From Acidobacteriota bacterium (GTDB taxonomy: Bacteria; Acidobacteriota; Blastocatellia; RBC074): a stretch of 64,000 nucleotides of DNA. Numbering within the stretch: the first letter of the stretch is position 1; each line of letters opens with the position of its first letter. The translations under genes were made by a program, and so were the position numbers. Positions 1 through 10,149 of this stretch are shown here, piece after piece. Under the pieces are notes generated by a model. It saw only the letters and a program-made list of their open reading frames with translations. It did no database searches and was not told where the DNA came from. The stretch lies in the NCBI GenBank assembly GCA_022072205.1, contig JAJVID010000004.1:10242-74241 (forward strand), in the 5' to 3' direction.

Positions 1-1941
1 GATCGCGCCCGTCTCGTCACGCAATCCCATCAGCGCCGCGCCGAACGCGCCGCCGACCACGATCAATACCTCGGCCAGGTTGGTCGAGAAGAGAAAGCGG
101 ATGAACTTCTGGATGTTCTCGTAGATGTTGCGGCCTTCCTCGATGGCCGCGACGATGGTGGCGAAGTTGTCATCCATCAGCGCCAGGTCGGCGACCTCTC
201 GCGAGACGTCGCTGCCACGCTCGCCCATCGCCACGCCGACGTCCGAGCGTTTGAGCGCGGGCGCGTCGTTCACGCCGTCGCCGGTCATCGCCACGATCTC
301 GCCGCTGGTTTTGAGGGCTTCGACCAGCCGCAGCTTATGCTCCGGCGCGACGCGGGCGAAGACATTCACCTCTTTGACCGCATCGCGCAGCGCTTCGGGC
401 GGCATCGTCTCCAACTCCAAACCGGTCAGCACACGGCTCGGCGGTATTCCCACTTCGCGGGCGACGGCCAGCGCCGTGGCCGGGTGATCGCCCGTGACCA
501 TCACCACGCGGATGCCTGCATCCTGCGCGCGGCTGATCGCCTCTGGAACTTCCGGTCGCGGCGGATCCCAGAGCAGCGCGAGGCCGAGGAACTCGATCTC
601 TTCGTCGCCCTCACCCTCGCGGCTCCCGAACGCCAGTACGCGGAAACCTTCTCTGGCGTAACCCTCCGCCTTCTCTTCCCAATTTTTACGCTCTTCGGCT
701 AAGAGGCGACTGCGCGCGATCAGCGTTTCCGGCGCGCCCTTGAGGTAGCTCACCGGCGCGCCGTTTTCCTCGACAGTCGCGCGCATGAACTTGTACGAAC
801 TGTCAAAGGGCAAAGAGCTGAGACGCGGGCGCTCGCGCCTCAGCAAATCAGGATCAACATCCCGCTGCTTCGCGTATTCGAGCAGAGCCAGTTCGAGCGG
901 GTCGCCCGCGCCCGCCGCGTCTTCGGCGTCGTTGGCCAGCGCCATCGCTCGCAGCGCGCGGTCAGCGTCGGGGCTATCGAGGTCTCTGACAAACATGCGG
1001 TTTTCGGTCAGCGTGCCGGTCTTGTCCGTCGCAATCACCGTCACCGAGCCTAGAGCTTCGACTGCGCTCAAGCGGCGCACGACGGCTCGTCGCTTCGCCA
1101 TCCGTTCAACCCCGAGCGCCAGCGTCAGCGTCAACACCGCAGGCAAGCCTTCAGGCACAGCCGCGACGGCCAGCGCGACAGCGAAAAGGAGAACGTGGCC
1201 GATGCGCTCCAGCCCTTCGACGAGCAAGCCGCCAATCGCGATCAGCACGGTCAGCGCGAGCACAGCGCGCGCGATCTGTCCGCCGAATTTTTCCAGCCGG
1301 CGTTCGAGCGGCGTCTGGTCAGCTTTGATCTCGCCGATCATCACCGCCAGTCGCCCCATCGCGCTCCGCTCGCCGGTGCGGCTGACCTCGAGATAACCTT
1401 TGCCGCGCACGAGCAGCGTCCCGCTGAAGACTTCGCGGTCGCGCTCTTTTTCAATCGGCACAGACTCGCCGGTCAGCGCCGATTCATCCACCATCACGCC
1501 TTCGGCTTCGACCAGGGCGCCGTCGGCGGGAATCCGGTCGCCGGCCTCGATGCGCACGATGTCGCCCGGGACCAAATCCGCGCTCGGCAGATGAACGAGC
1601 CTTCCCTCGCGCAGCGCCCAGACCAGCGGCGCGGCCATCTCCTTCAGCATTGCGAGCGCCGCTTCGGATTTGCTCTCCTGGTAAACGCCCAGCCCGGCGT
1701 TGAGCAACAGAATGATCGCGATGGCAATGGATTCGACTGGCAATCCCGCCGCGCCTTCGCTGAACCAGATGGCGGCGTCCGCCACCAGCGCAAAGAGCAG
1801 GATGTAGATGAGCGGGCTTTGGAACTGTCGCGCGAAACGCCGCCACAGCGGGGTAGGCGGCTGCTCCGGCAAAGCGTTCGGCCCATGTTGTTGCAGAAGA
1901 GCCTGAGCCGCCGCATTCGATATTCCGTGATGCGTCATTGA
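1..1941 (-). CDS. P-type cation-transporting ATPase (type II, Ca2+-ATPase-like); C-terminal end runs off the window start
   Basis: Minus-strand translation starts at the ATG at 1939-1941 ([28 protein letters not shown]...). It contains the [11 protein letters not shown] phosphorylation motif, the [10 protein letters not shown] hinge and a C-terminal [22 protein letters not shown]...[11 protein letters not shown] region. It is absent from the ORF track only because there is no in-window stop. Confidence 0.8.
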
Positions 1942-2045
1942 TCCATCCGGTTAATTGTCGCCCGACGCCGTCAGCCGCGCCCGGTCACTTGCGGCAATGG
2001 GAAATCCCTGTTCCCAATGCCGGAGGTTCGTGGTTGGAAAAAGTT

Positions 2046-3983
2046 TCATCGCTCCTTGCCAATCGCCTCGCCGATCACACCACCAATCGCCTTCAGCAAT
2101 CTCTCGGCGTTGTAAGGCTTCGGCAGAAATGTCTTGACGCCCAACTCGGCGGCTTCCGCGGCCCGCTCGCCTTCAGCCAGCCCGCTGCTGGCGATGATCC
2201 TGACCTGCGGGTTGATCTTCTGCAACTCGCGAATCATTGCCGGGCCGTCCATCTGCGGCATCATCATATCGGTCAGCACCGCCTCGATCTCGTCCTGATG
2301 CGCAGTGTAAAGCGTTACGGCCTCGGCCCCTTCGCGCGCCACGAGCACGCGGTAGCCGAATGCTTCCAGAGTCGTTCTGGTGATTTCACGAACAGACGCT
2401 TCATCGTCCACCACCAGAATCGTCTCGCCGTGACCGGCGGGCAGATTGGAAAGGGCTGCGGCGGCTTGCGCCGTTTGCGCCGAGGCGATGGCCGGAAGGT
2501 AGATTCTGAATTGGGTCCCCCGGCCTGGCTCGCTGTAGACGTTGACGAACCCGCCGTGGCTTTTCACTATGCCTTGCACGGTCGAAAGCCCAAGCCCCGT
2601 GCCCTTGCCCTGTTCTTTCGTGGTGAAGAACGGGTCGAAGATTCGATCCAGAACTCCCGGCGGGATTCCCGTGCCCGTGTCCGTGACGCTGATGAGCGCA
2701 TACGGCCCCGGCCTGGCTTCGTGATTCATTCGCGCGTAATGCTCGTCGAAGAAGACGGTCTCCGCCGCGATGGTCAGCGCGCCGCCCTCTGGCATCGCGT
2801 CGCGGGCGTTGACGCAGAGGTTCATCAGCGCCTGGTGCAACTGCGTTGGGTCGCCGCTGATGGTCGCCAGGTCGGGCGGCAGCGAGTGTTTGATCGTTAT
2901 GTTTTTGGGAAAGGTTTCGGCGAGAAGTTTGGCGATCTCCTTGATCAGATGTTTGGGTTGAAGCGTGATCCGCTGGCCTTCGACTCCGCCTCTGGCGAAC
3001 GAAAGCACCTGTTTGATCAGATCGCCGCCGCGTTCCGCGCTCTGCCGGATGACTTCGAGCATCCGCTGGCTGCTCTCGTCCGTGAGTCTCATCTGCAACA
3101 ATTGAACTCCCGTGGTGATCGGCGAGAGGATGTTATTGAGGTCGTGCGCGATGCCGCTGGCCAGCGTGCCGATGCTCTCCAGCCGCTGCGCGCGCAGGAA
3201 CTGGGCTTCGAGCCTTTTTCGCTCCGTGATGTCGGTGTTGATGGCGAGGTAGGATTTTGGCTGCCCGTTCGCGTCGCGCACCAGCGTCCAGCGGCATTCA
3301 GCGACTACTTCCTTGCCACCCTTTGTGGCTTGCCGCAATTCACCGCTCCATTCCCCTTGCTCGATCGCCGCGCGCTTCGCATCTTCAAACTGTGAAAAGT
3401 CGCCGCGATAGATCAGGTCTTTGATGTCGCGCCCGGCCGCCTCTTCCGCCGTCCAGCCATAGATGCGTTCGGCGCCCTGGTTCCAGAAGAGGATGCGGTC
3501 GTCCAGGCCGCGGACGAGGATGGCGTCCCGCGCGTAATTGAGCAAAGCGGCTTGTTCGATCAATTTCTCTTCCGCTCGTTTGCGTTCAGTGATGTCGCGC
3601 AGGATCACGGTGAAGAGCTTCTGCCCGTTCGCTTCGATTTGCGAGATCGAAGCCTCGATCGGAAACTCTTCGCCGTTGGCCCGCAAGCCATACACAGCTC
3701 CCAATGATCCCATCGTGCGTTTGGTAACTTGCGTTTGGCCGAATTCCCTGATGCGGCGCCGGTGAGCGTGGCGGAATCTTTCGGGAATAAAGTGATCGAG
3801 CGGTAGTCCTAAAGCCTCTTCGGCGGAGCAGCCGAACATCTTTTCGGCCGCCGCATTGAAAAGCACGATGCGTTGCGCGCCGTCAACCGTGACGATGGCG
3901 TCCATCGCCGATTCGATGATCCAGGCTAGAGCTTCCTTGTCGAATGCCTGCTGCATCTGACAGTCTCCTTGGATAATGGCCAC
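2046..3983 (-). CDS. Cytoplasmic hybrid sensor histidine kinase: two PAS domains, HisKA, HATPase_c and a C-terminal receiver
   Basis: PAS-like repeats ([17 protein letters not shown] linkers), the H-box [14 protein letters not shown]-box DTGTGI/GLGLS and a C-terminal receiver ([13 protein letters not shown]...). There is no TM segment. The more likely start is the ATG near 3958, which has an AAGGAG RBS. Confidence 0.9.
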   Translation of the reverse strand: MAIIQGDCQMQQAFDKEALAWIIESAMDAIVTVDGAQRIVLFNAAAEKMFGCSAEEALGLPLDHFIPERFRHAHRRRIREFGQTQVTKRTMGSLGAVYGLRANGEEFPIEASISQIEANGQKLFTVILRDITERKRAEEKLIEQAALLNYARDAILVRGLDDRILFWNQGAERIYGWTAEEAAGRDIKDLIYRGDFSQFEDAKRAAIEQGEWSGELRQATKGGKEVVAECRWTLVRDANGQPKSYLAINTDITERKRLEAQFLRAQRLESIGTLASGIAHDLNNILSPITTGVQLLQMRLTDESSQRMLEVIRQSAERGGDLIKQVLSFARGGVEGQRITLQPKHLIKEIAKLLAETFPKNITIKHSLPPDLATISGDPTQLHQALMNLCVNARDAMPEGGALTIAAETVFFDEHYARMNHEARPGPYALISVTDTGTGIPPGVLDRIFDPFFTTKEQGKGTGLGLSTVQGIVKSHGGFVNVYSEPGRGTQFRIYLPAIASAQTAQAAAALSNLPAGHGETILVVDDEASVREITRTTLEAFGYRVLVAREGAEAVTLYTAHQDEIEAVLTDMMMPQMDGPAMIRELQKINPQVRIIASSGLAEGERAAEAAELGVKTFLPKPYNAERLLKAIGGVIGEAIGKER

Positions 3984-4041
3984 GTAACGTAACGAATTTA
4001 TTCGCTACGTCACGTAACGAATAAATTCGTTACTACGTGGC
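3979..4041. repeat. Palindromic repeat element family A, copy 1 (CCACGTAACGTAACGAATTTATTCG...CGAATAAATTCGTTACTACGTGG)
   Basis: Near-perfect inverted repeat of about 25-nt arms, seen directly, lying immediately upstream of the kinase start. Related ends (CCACGTAG...CTACGTGG, AACGAATAA) recur at 5887-5946 and 40676-40838. Confidence 0.7.
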
Positions 4042-4102
4042 GCGCGATAATGATCCGAATCTCATTCTGTAGCTGTGTCGAGTCTCTTGAGGAAGGAATA
4101 AT

Positions 4103-4303
4103 CTACCAGACCGCCCGCAAATTGTAGAGGTTTGAAGGCGAGGGCGCGGTTGGCGCGCACAATGCGTGAATCGAGCGATTCACGCAGATGCCGTCTTCAA
4201 TCGCGTCGAGGAGCGCCTCCCAGGCCGGAGGCGGCGCATCCTCGCCCGCTTGCGGTGACGGCGGTACAGGCAGCGGGTCTTTCTCGTTCATGGCCGTTTT
4301 CAA
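4103..4303 (-). CDS. Possible small proline-rich ORF between the response regulator and kinase genes (doubtful)
   Basis: A 66-aa ORF whose start overlaps the upstream RR stop (ATGA). No recognisable domain, and its composition could be a GC artefact. Confidence 0.15.
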   Translation of the reverse strand: MKTAMNEKDPLPVPPSPQAGEDAPPPAWEALLDAIEDGICVNRSIHALCAPTAPSPSNLYNLRAVW

Positions 4304-5751
4304 CCAGGCGCATCAGCGCCACTTCCTTCGAGTTTCTTCAAACGATAGCGCAACTGGTCCCGCGAAATGCCGAGCAGTTCCGCCGCCCGCGTTTGGTTGC
4401 CGCTGCTGCGCTTCATCGCCTGCTCCACCAGGCTCATCTCCACCGATTCTAGCTGAACTCCTTCGGGCGGTAGACGGAAAAGTTCGACCAGAGTAGCTCT
4501 CGTGACTGCCTGACCGCGCTCGGTCGCAGCCGGCGCTTTGGCCGGCTCTTTCGTCTGTGGCCCGAACTGCGCTCCGGGCGTGACGCCGCGCGGCAGCCAG
4601 GCGCCGGTGATCAGGTCGTAGTCTTCGAGGGTCATCGCCCGCTCGATCACATTTCGCAACTCGCGGACATTGCCCGGCCACGGATACTGCCGGAAAATCT
4701 CGGCCACCTCCGGCGACAGCCCGGCAATGCGTTTTCTCAGTTTTTCATTGAAGTTGTTGATGTAGTAATCGGCGAGCAGCAACACGTCATCGCCGCGTTC
4801 GCGCAGCGGGGGCAGATCAATCTGAATCACCGAAAGGCGGTAGTAAAGATCGAGCCTGAATTTTCCGGCTTCGCTTTCGCTTTTGAGGTCGCGGTTGGAG
4901 GCGGCGATTATCCGCACGTCGAGCGGAATGTCTTTCAACCCGCCGACGCGCCGGAACGCGCCCTCTTCGAGCACGCGCAGCAATTTTGCCTGCAAGCCGA
5001 TCTCCAACTCGCCGATTTCGTCCAGAAAGACGGTCCCCCCTTCGGCCTGCTCGAACAATCCTTCTTTGCGCCCCTTGGCGTCGGTGAAGGCGCCTTTTTC
5101 ATAGCCGAACAATTCGCTCTCGATCAGCGTCGCGGGGATCGCCGCGCAGTTGATGGCGACGAACGGACGGTCGGCGCGCCGCGAGCCGTAGTGAACGGCT
5201 TTGGCGACCAGGTCTTTGCCCGTCCCGCTCTCGCCCTGCAGCAGCACCGACGAGGCTTCGCTCTCGGCGACTTTGCGTGCGAGTTGAATCATCTTCTTCA
5301 TCGCCGGAGACTGGCCGATGATCTGGTCGAAGCTGAATTCACGCGCCCGCTCGCGGCGCATCTGGTGGACCTCTTTACGCAGCCTGCCGGCCTCGATGCC
5401 GTTGCGGATCGTGACCTGAAGCTCGTTGAGGTTGATCGGCTTGCCGATGAAATCGTAAGCGCCGCCGCGCAAGGCCGCGAGCGTGTCTTCGACGAGCACA
5501 TTGGCTGTGATCATAATCACCACGGCCTGCGGCTGGCGGTTCTTGATCTCCTTGAGCGCATCCAGACCCGAACCGTCGGGCAGATTGATGTCCAACAACA
5601 CTGCCACCGGGTGATCCGACTCGAACGAATCGAGCGCGCCAGCGACTGTGCCCGCCTCGATCGGCTCGTAGTCCCATCCGCGCAAGGCCTCATTGAGCGT
5701 CCAGCGGATCATCGGCTCGTCATCAACGATCAGAATCTTTTCCTTTGCCAT
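4300..5751 (-). CDS. Sigma-54-dependent Fis-family response regulator (NtrC-like enhancer-binding protein)
   Basis: Receiver domain ([15 protein letters not shown]-box [13 protein letters not shown]). AAA+ sigma54 activator with Walker [15 protein letters not shown]-type [15 protein letters not shown] and ASNRDL. C-terminal Fis HTH ([18 protein letters not shown]). Confidence 0.9.
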   Translation of the reverse strand: MAKEKILIVDDEPMIRWTLNEALRGWDYEPIEAGTVAGALDSFESDHPVAVLLDINLPDGSGLDALKEIKNRQPQAVVIMITANVLVEDTLAALRGGAYDFIGKPINLNELQVTIRNGIEAGRLRKEVHQMRRERAREFSFDQIIGQSPAMKKMIQLARKVAESEASSVLLQGESGTGKDLVAKAVHYGSRRADRPFVAINCAAIPATLIESELFGYEKGAFTDAKGRKEGLFEQAEGGTVFLDEIGELEIGLQAKLLRVLEEGAFRRVGGLKDIPLDVRIIAASNRDLKSESEAGKFRLDLYYRLSVIQIDLPPLRERGDDVLLLADYYINNFNEKLRKRIAGLSPEVAEIFRQYPWPGNVRELRNVIERAMTLEDYDLITGAWLPRGVTPGAQFGPQTKEPAKAPAATERGQAVTRATLVELFRLPPEGVQLESVEMSLVEQAMKRSSGNQTRAAELLGISRDQLRYRLKKLEGSGADAPG

Positions 5752-5886
5752 AACGTCAGGATCTCACCTCACTCACTTACGTTGCGGTGATTCGATTCCT
5801 AATAAGCAATTATCTTGCCGCGTAGGCAAAATGGGAAATTTGAAAAGAGTCGTTCGGGTTGCAAGCGATGTCCTGAAACGATGAAG

Positions 5887-5946
5887 CCCCCACGTAGCAA
5901 CGACTTTAGTCGTCACGTCATGACTAACGTCGTCACTACGTGGGGA
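5887..5946. repeat. Palindromic repeat element family A, copy 2 (CCCCACGTAGCAACGACTTTAGTCGTCACG / CGTCATGACTAACGTCGTCACTACGTGGGG)
   Basis: About 60-bp imperfect palindrome in the divergent intergenic region between the NtrC-like regulator and the decaheme cytochrome gene. It shares the CCACGTAG..CTACGTGG termini with the other copies. Confidence 0.65.
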
Positions 5947-6372
5947 GACGCAGAGATGGCAGACCAGTCAGAAAAATGTGATTTTCCGCAATCGTCGGGA
6001 AGTATTCCGCAGCTGAGAGGCTTAGCTGAGAGTTCGATCCGGCGTGATCCCGTTGAATTCGATGAACGCCAGCGAGATTCGTTGAGTCTCTTCGACGAAG
6101 ACCTCTATCGGACTGCGCGGAACAACGATTGCATTGATGTTAGATGGCTGCGCGGAATGGCGCTGGCTCTGCCGGTTGGCTGTGCGCTGGATCACGGTTA
6201 CGCGTGTTGCGCATCACGGTCTGTTCGCAACCTCTCAGTCAGGATTGAATAGCAACTCTTTTGCAGCAGTAACACAGTTTGGTTTGTCCGTAACCAGCGG
6301 CGAAACATTCCGCAATCAACCTGAAAGTTACGCTAACACGCTGTAATTTTTCGCAATCAAAAGGAGCAGCTT

Positions 6373-7461
6373 ATGCGAACTCTGAAGGTAGGTCTGGTGA
6401 TAGTTTTCTGTCTGGCGGCGCTGACGCCTGCAATCTCGACGCGAGTCGCGGCGTTGACCACGACGCTGGCTCAGGGCAAAGCGTCGCAGGAAAAGTCCGG
6501 CAAGGCTAAAGACGCCGGGCAATCGAAGCAAACTCCGCCGGCGCCAGCCAGCCAGTTCGTCGGCAGCGAATCCTGCGCCGAATGCCACGGCGCCGAAGCG
6601 ACGCATTACGCGCTGACGGCGCACAGCAAAACCAGGCTCGGCAACGGCCCGGTTGACCAGCGCGGCTGCGAAGCCTGCCACGGCCCGGCTAAAGGTCACG
6701 TGGACTTTTACCTGCAAATCCAAAAATTGAACGAAGCCGGCAAGGAAGACGAGGCCACGACGCTGATGAACGACGCAGCCAAAGCCGCCGCCGCCAAAAT
6801 GCTTTCGTTCAAGGAAATGGCGCCGGCTGAAGCTTCGGCGACCTGTCTGAAATGCCACGAAGGCTCGCAAGGCCGCAGCGAGGAGCGGTTCAATTTCCGC
6901 CGCAGCGAACATTTCCGTCACGGCCTGTCGTGCAACGATTGCCATTCTTCGCACGAGCCGAAGCGGACGGAATTTTTGCTGAAGGCGACCGAGCCGAACA
7001 TGTGCTACCAGTGCCACGCCGACCAGAAGGCGTCGTTCGCCAAACCGTTCCACCACAAAGTTCCCGAAGGCGGAATGAAGTGTTCCGATTGCCACAACCA
7101 GCACGGCAGTTTTACGAGCAAGTCGCTGCGCAATTCGGCGGGCGGCGATTCGGCCTGCGTCAAATGCCACGCCGACAAACAGGGGCCGTTCATTTACGAG
7201 CACGCGCCAGTCAAAGTCGAAGGCTGCCAGGCGTGCCACACGCCGCACGGTTCGACCAATGCGAAATTGCTGACACGCAACATCGTCAAATTCCTCTGTC
7301 TCGAATGCCACTCGAACACGCCTGGCATTCCCGACACGGACGGCACGGGCGTGGGCGTGGGCACGCCCAGCTTTCACGACATCAACAACCCGCGCTACGC
7401 CAACTGCACTACGTGCCACTTTGAAATTCACGGGTCGAACAAAGACCCGTTCTTCCGCTAA
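6373..7461 (+). CDS. Periplasmic decaheme c-type cytochrome, MtrA/MtoA/PioA/DmsE family (porin-cytochrome conduit component)
   Basis: Signal peptide ([20 protein letters not shown]) and 10 CXXCH motifs in 362 aa: CAECH, CEACH, CLKCH, CNDCH, CYQCH, CSDCH, CVKCH, CQACH, CLECH, CTTCH. The size and heme count match MtrA/MtoA. RBS AAAGGAG upstream. Confidence 0.8.
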   Translation: MRTLKVGLVIVFCLAALTPAISTRVAALTTTLAQGKASQEKSGKAKDAGQSKQTPPAPASQFVGSESCAECHGAEATHYALTAHSKTRLGNGPVDQRGCEACHGPAKGHVDFYLQIQKLNEAGKEDEATTLMNDAAKAAAAKMLSFKEMAPAEASATCLKCHEGSQGRSEERFNFRRSEHFRHGLSCNDCHSSHEPKRTEFLLKATEPNMCYQCHADQKASFAKPFHHKVPEGGMKCSDCHNQHGSFTSKSLRNSAGGDSACVKCHADKQGPFIYEHAPVKVEGCQACHTPHGSTNAKLLTRNIVKFLCLECHSNTPGIPDTDGTGVGVGTPSFHDINNPRYANCTTCHFEIHGSNKDPFFR

Positions 7462-7462
7462 A

Positions 7463-7539
7463 CGAGTCAGTACCGCGAGCGGTAGCGAGCGCCGCTCTAA
7501 GAGCAAACCCGCTCGCTACCGCTCGCGGTACTGACTCGA
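7463..7539 (+). other. Long intercistronic stem-loop (about 28-bp arms) between the decaheme cytochrome and porin genes
   Basis: CGAGTCAGTACCGCGAGCGGTAGCGAGCG ... CGCTCGCTACCGCTCGCGGTACTGACTCG, seen directly. It ends 16 nt before the porin start codon and its RBS. Confidence 0.6.
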
Positions 7540-7554
7540 AAAAGGAGGCTGAAG

Positions 7555-9687
7555 ATGAAAAACAGCAATCAATCAACGCTTGCGCGGCTCTCCCGGACTT
7601 TGGCGAGAGCGGCGATGTCAGCCTTGCTGATGACGTTCGGTTCGGTCGTGTTCGCCCAAAGCAGCGTCGAGAAGAGCGAAACCAGCCAACAGGCCAGAGC
7701 GCCTGAAAGCGAACTGGAACGCGCCAAAGCCATTGTTACCAAACCGAATGAAAACAAACCCGCCAAGCCGGAGACAGGTCGGACGTGGGGCGTTTACTCG
7801 ACCACAACTACGCTTGAGATTGGCCATCGCTTCGTTGACACGGATGGCAGCCGCGACCGCTATCTTTCGGACGTGAACGTGCGCGACGGTTTCCGCGTGC
7901 TCGAATATTCGACGGACATGCGCGCTCAACCCGGCGCGGGGTTGCTCTTTGATTTCATGAAAGCCGACGTGTCGAACGCCGGCGGAGATCAAAGCCAGAC
8001 TTTCTCGCTGCGGATGGACAAAACTCGCGCGTACCGATTCGATGGCAATGTGCGGCGCTTTAATTACTACCGCTCGCCGGGTCCGAACTTCGCGCTCAAC
8101 TTCCGCAACCACGATCTGCGCCAGCAAATTTCTGACTTCCACCTGAAGCTCTTCCCGCAACGCGCCGTGCGGATCAACGCCGGTTACGGACGCAGCCTGG
8201 CCAAAGGACGTTTCAATCCCAGCTACAGTTTTGAGCGCGACTTGTTCCAGTTGCTGGGCGAATCGCGCTGGGAGGCGAACGACTACCGGCTCGGACTTGA
8301 CGCGACTTATCGCCGGTGGGATTTTGGCGTCGAGCAGCTTTACCGCAATTTCCGCAACGACCCGCAGATCACTTCCACGACGGGCGTCAACCTCGGTCTC
8401 AACCCGACCGACGCTGGCCGGATCAGCTTTCTGGATCGTGACACGCCGTTGCGCGCGCGCTCGCTGGTCACGCGGGCGAGCGTTCGCGGCTCGATTGCCG
8501 AACGGCTGCACGTTGTGCTGCGCGGTTTGCACGACGATGAGAGGATGCGCGCGCCTTACCTGGAAACGACCAGAGGCACGGCCAGCAACAACGCCAACAT
8601 CATTTCGCGCGCGCTGACTGGCGATGGCGTCGTCGAAAGGCCAGGCGCGGTCGTTGACGCCGGCCTCACTTTCGACATCAACAGGAATTTCTCGCTGAGC
8701 GACACATTCCGTTACACGTCTTTCCGCATCGCCGGAGACGTGGCCACGCTTCAAACCAGCGTTCAGCAGACGGGAACAGCCGCGCCTCAAACGATCATCA
8801 CGACGACCGCCGGCGACCGGTTGACGAAGTGGAATTCCTATTGGAACACGCTCTCGCTGGACATGAACTTCGGGCGGAAGTTTTCTGCCAATCTGGGCTG
8901 GCGCGCGATGCAGCGCGAGATCACGCTGGATGGCTTGTACACATCGCGGACATCTACTTCGACCACAGTCACTACTCTGGCTGATGATGAAAGCGAATCG
9001 GTAGACACGCATGCCTTCGTCGGCGGATTCCGCGTGCGCCCAACCGACCGGTTCAGCTTCATCTTCGACGTGGAGCACGGGACGAACAACAACGCCTTCG
9101 TGCGCATCAACCCGCTCGAATTCACCCGCTTCCGCGCGCGGGCGCAGGCGCAGATCACCGACAAACTCGCCTTCATCGGCGCGTTCACCTCGACCGACCG
9201 TCTCAACCCGACGCCGCAGGTCGAAAACGAATCGGACGCCAGAAGCTACACGGTGGCGGTCAACTGGGAGCCGAAATCGAGGGTTTACGTTGACGTCGGT
9301 TACGATTACCACGACCTGTTTTCGACGGCCAACATTCGCTACTTTCTGGCCAGCAATCAGGAGCGGCGCGGCAATTCGCTTTATTACGCGCGGCTGAATT
9401 CGGTCTTCGCCAACACGCGGTTCGGGCTGACCAACCGGCTCGACCTGCTGATGGTTTACTACTACGTGATGGATCGCGGCGCGCCGTCGGTCACAATCGG
9501 AGCGAACGATTTTGTTTCGGCGTATCCGCTGCGCAGGCATAACCCGGAAGTCCGGCTGGCCTATCGCTTCAGCAATCACGTAACCGGCAACCTGAGCTAT
9601 CGGCATTACAGTTACAACGAGCGTGAATTCGCCGTGCAGGATTACCGAGCGAACATTCTGACGACCAGTTTGCGCTTCACTTTCTAA
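7555..9687 (+). CDS. Outer-membrane beta-barrel porin of an MtrB/MtoB/PioB-like porin-cytochrome complex
   Basis: 710 aa with a signal peptide ending AQS and an amphipathic Y/R/N/T-rich composition typical of an outer-membrane barrel. The C-terminus ends ...LTTSLRFTF. It lies immediately downstream of the decaheme cytochrome with its own RBS (AAAAAGGAGG). The antisense 662-aa ORF 7618..9606 has no such features. Confidence 0.7.
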   Translation: MKNSNQSTLARLSRTLARAAMSALLMTFGSVVFAQSSVEKSETSQQARAPESELERAKAIVTKPNENKPAKPETGRTWGVYSTTTTLEIGHRFVDTDGSRDRYLSDVNVRDGFRVLEYSTDMRAQPGAGLLFDFMKADVSNAGGDQSQTFSLRMDKTRAYRFDGNVRRFNYYRSPGPNFALNFRNHDLRQQISDFHLKLFPQRAVRINAGYGRSLAKGRFNPSYSFERDLFQLLGESRWEANDYRLGLDATYRRWDFGVEQLYRNFRNDPQITSTTGVNLGLNPTDAGRISFLDRDTPLRARSLVTRASVRGSIAERLHVVLRGLHDDERMRAPYLETTRGTASNNANIISRALTGDGVVERPGAVVDAGLTFDINRNFSLSDTFRYTSFRIAGDVATLQTSVQQTGTAAPQTIITTTAGDRLTKWNSYWNTLSLDMNFGRKFSANLGWRAMQREITLDGLYTSRTSTSTTVTTLADDESESVDTHAFVGGFRVRPTDRFSFIFDVEHGTNNNAFVRINPLEFTRFRARAQAQITDKLAFIGAFTSTDRLNPTPQVENESDARSYTVAVNWEPKSRVYVDVGYDYHDLFSTANIRYFLASNQERRGNSLYYARLNSVFANTRFGLTNRLDLLMVYYYVMDRGAPSVTIGANDFVSAYPLRRHNPEVRLAYRFSNHVTGNLSYRHYSYNEREFAVQDYRANILTTSLRFTF

Positions 9688-9689
9688 AC

Positions 9690-9754
9690 AGTACCGCGCG
9701 CGTCAGCAAGCGGCTGATCGATGAGACATCCGCTTGCTGACGCGCGCGGTACTT
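9690..9754 (+). other. Second intercistronic stem-loop (CAGTACCGCGCGCGTCAGCAAGCGG...CCGCTTGCTGACGCGCGCGGTACT) between the porin and monoheme cytochrome genes
   Basis: About 24-bp perfect arms, seen directly. It shares the AGTACCGCG core with the 7463-7539 hairpin. Confidence 0.6.
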
Positions 9755-9774
9755 CATCGAAGGAGAAAACATCC

Positions 9775-10128
9775 ATGAATTCGTTTGCCAAAAGAACAGT
9801 GGCCGCCATCGTCGCCACGACGGTTTTGACATTCTCGCTTTCTGCGTTGATGTCCTCGCCCGCCGCCCTCGCTTTTCAAAGCGTGAAGAGTCTTTACCAA
9901 TCGAAATGCGCTGTCTGCCACGGAAATGACGGCGCCGCCAACACTGCCAAAGGAAAAGAACTGAAAGTCCGCAGCTTCCGCTCGGAAGAGTTCAAGAAGA
10001 TGACGGACGCCAAAGCGATGGAAGTCCTGATGAAAGGCAAGGGCAAGATGGAAGGATACGAAAAGACAATTGGCAAGGAGAAATTGGAGCAATTGCTCGC
10101 TTACTGCCGCGAGTTATCGAATAAGTAG
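9775..10128 (+). CDS. Monoheme class I c-type cytochrome (MtoD-like periplasmic electron shuttle)
   Basis: Signal peptide, a single CAVCH motif and Met-rich C-terminal half. The likely start is the ATG at 9775 after the GAAGGAG RBS; the track's 9721 start lies inside the hairpin. Confidence 0.75.
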   Translation: MNSFAKRTVAAIVATTVLTFSLSALMSSPAALAFQSVKSLYQSKCAVCHGNDGAANTAKGKELKVRSFRSEEFKKMTDAKAMEVLMKGKGKMEGYEKTIGKEKLEQLLAYCRELSNK

Positions 10129-10149
10129 TGCCCAAGCGGAGGAAATACA

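Noticed and set aside
1195-3395. Long plus-strand ORFs (1195..1941, 1938..3395) antisense to the P-type ATPase and histidine kinase
   Set aside because: No motifs; Arg/Ala/Pro-rich low-complexity translations typical of antisense frames in high-GC DNA. The minus-strand genes have clear catalytic motifs.
6020-6045. tRNA-like TTCGATCC T-loop motif (gagagTTCGATCCggcg)
   Set aside because: The flanking sequence cannot form the T-stem or acceptor stem, so there is no cloverleaf.
6158-6172. Candidate sigma54 -24/-12 element TGGCGCtggctCTGC upstream of the decaheme cytochrome gene
   Set aside because: It keeps the GG-N10-GC spacing, but the -12 box (CTGC) is weak and it lies about 200 bp from the start codon. 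It is kept only as a hypothesis inside the regulatory finding, not as a feature.
7618-9606. 662-aa minus-strand ORF overlapping the MtoB-like porin gene
   Set aside because: It is antisense to an ORF that has an RBS, a signal peptide, beta-barrel composition and a C-terminal Phe, and it has no domain features of its own.
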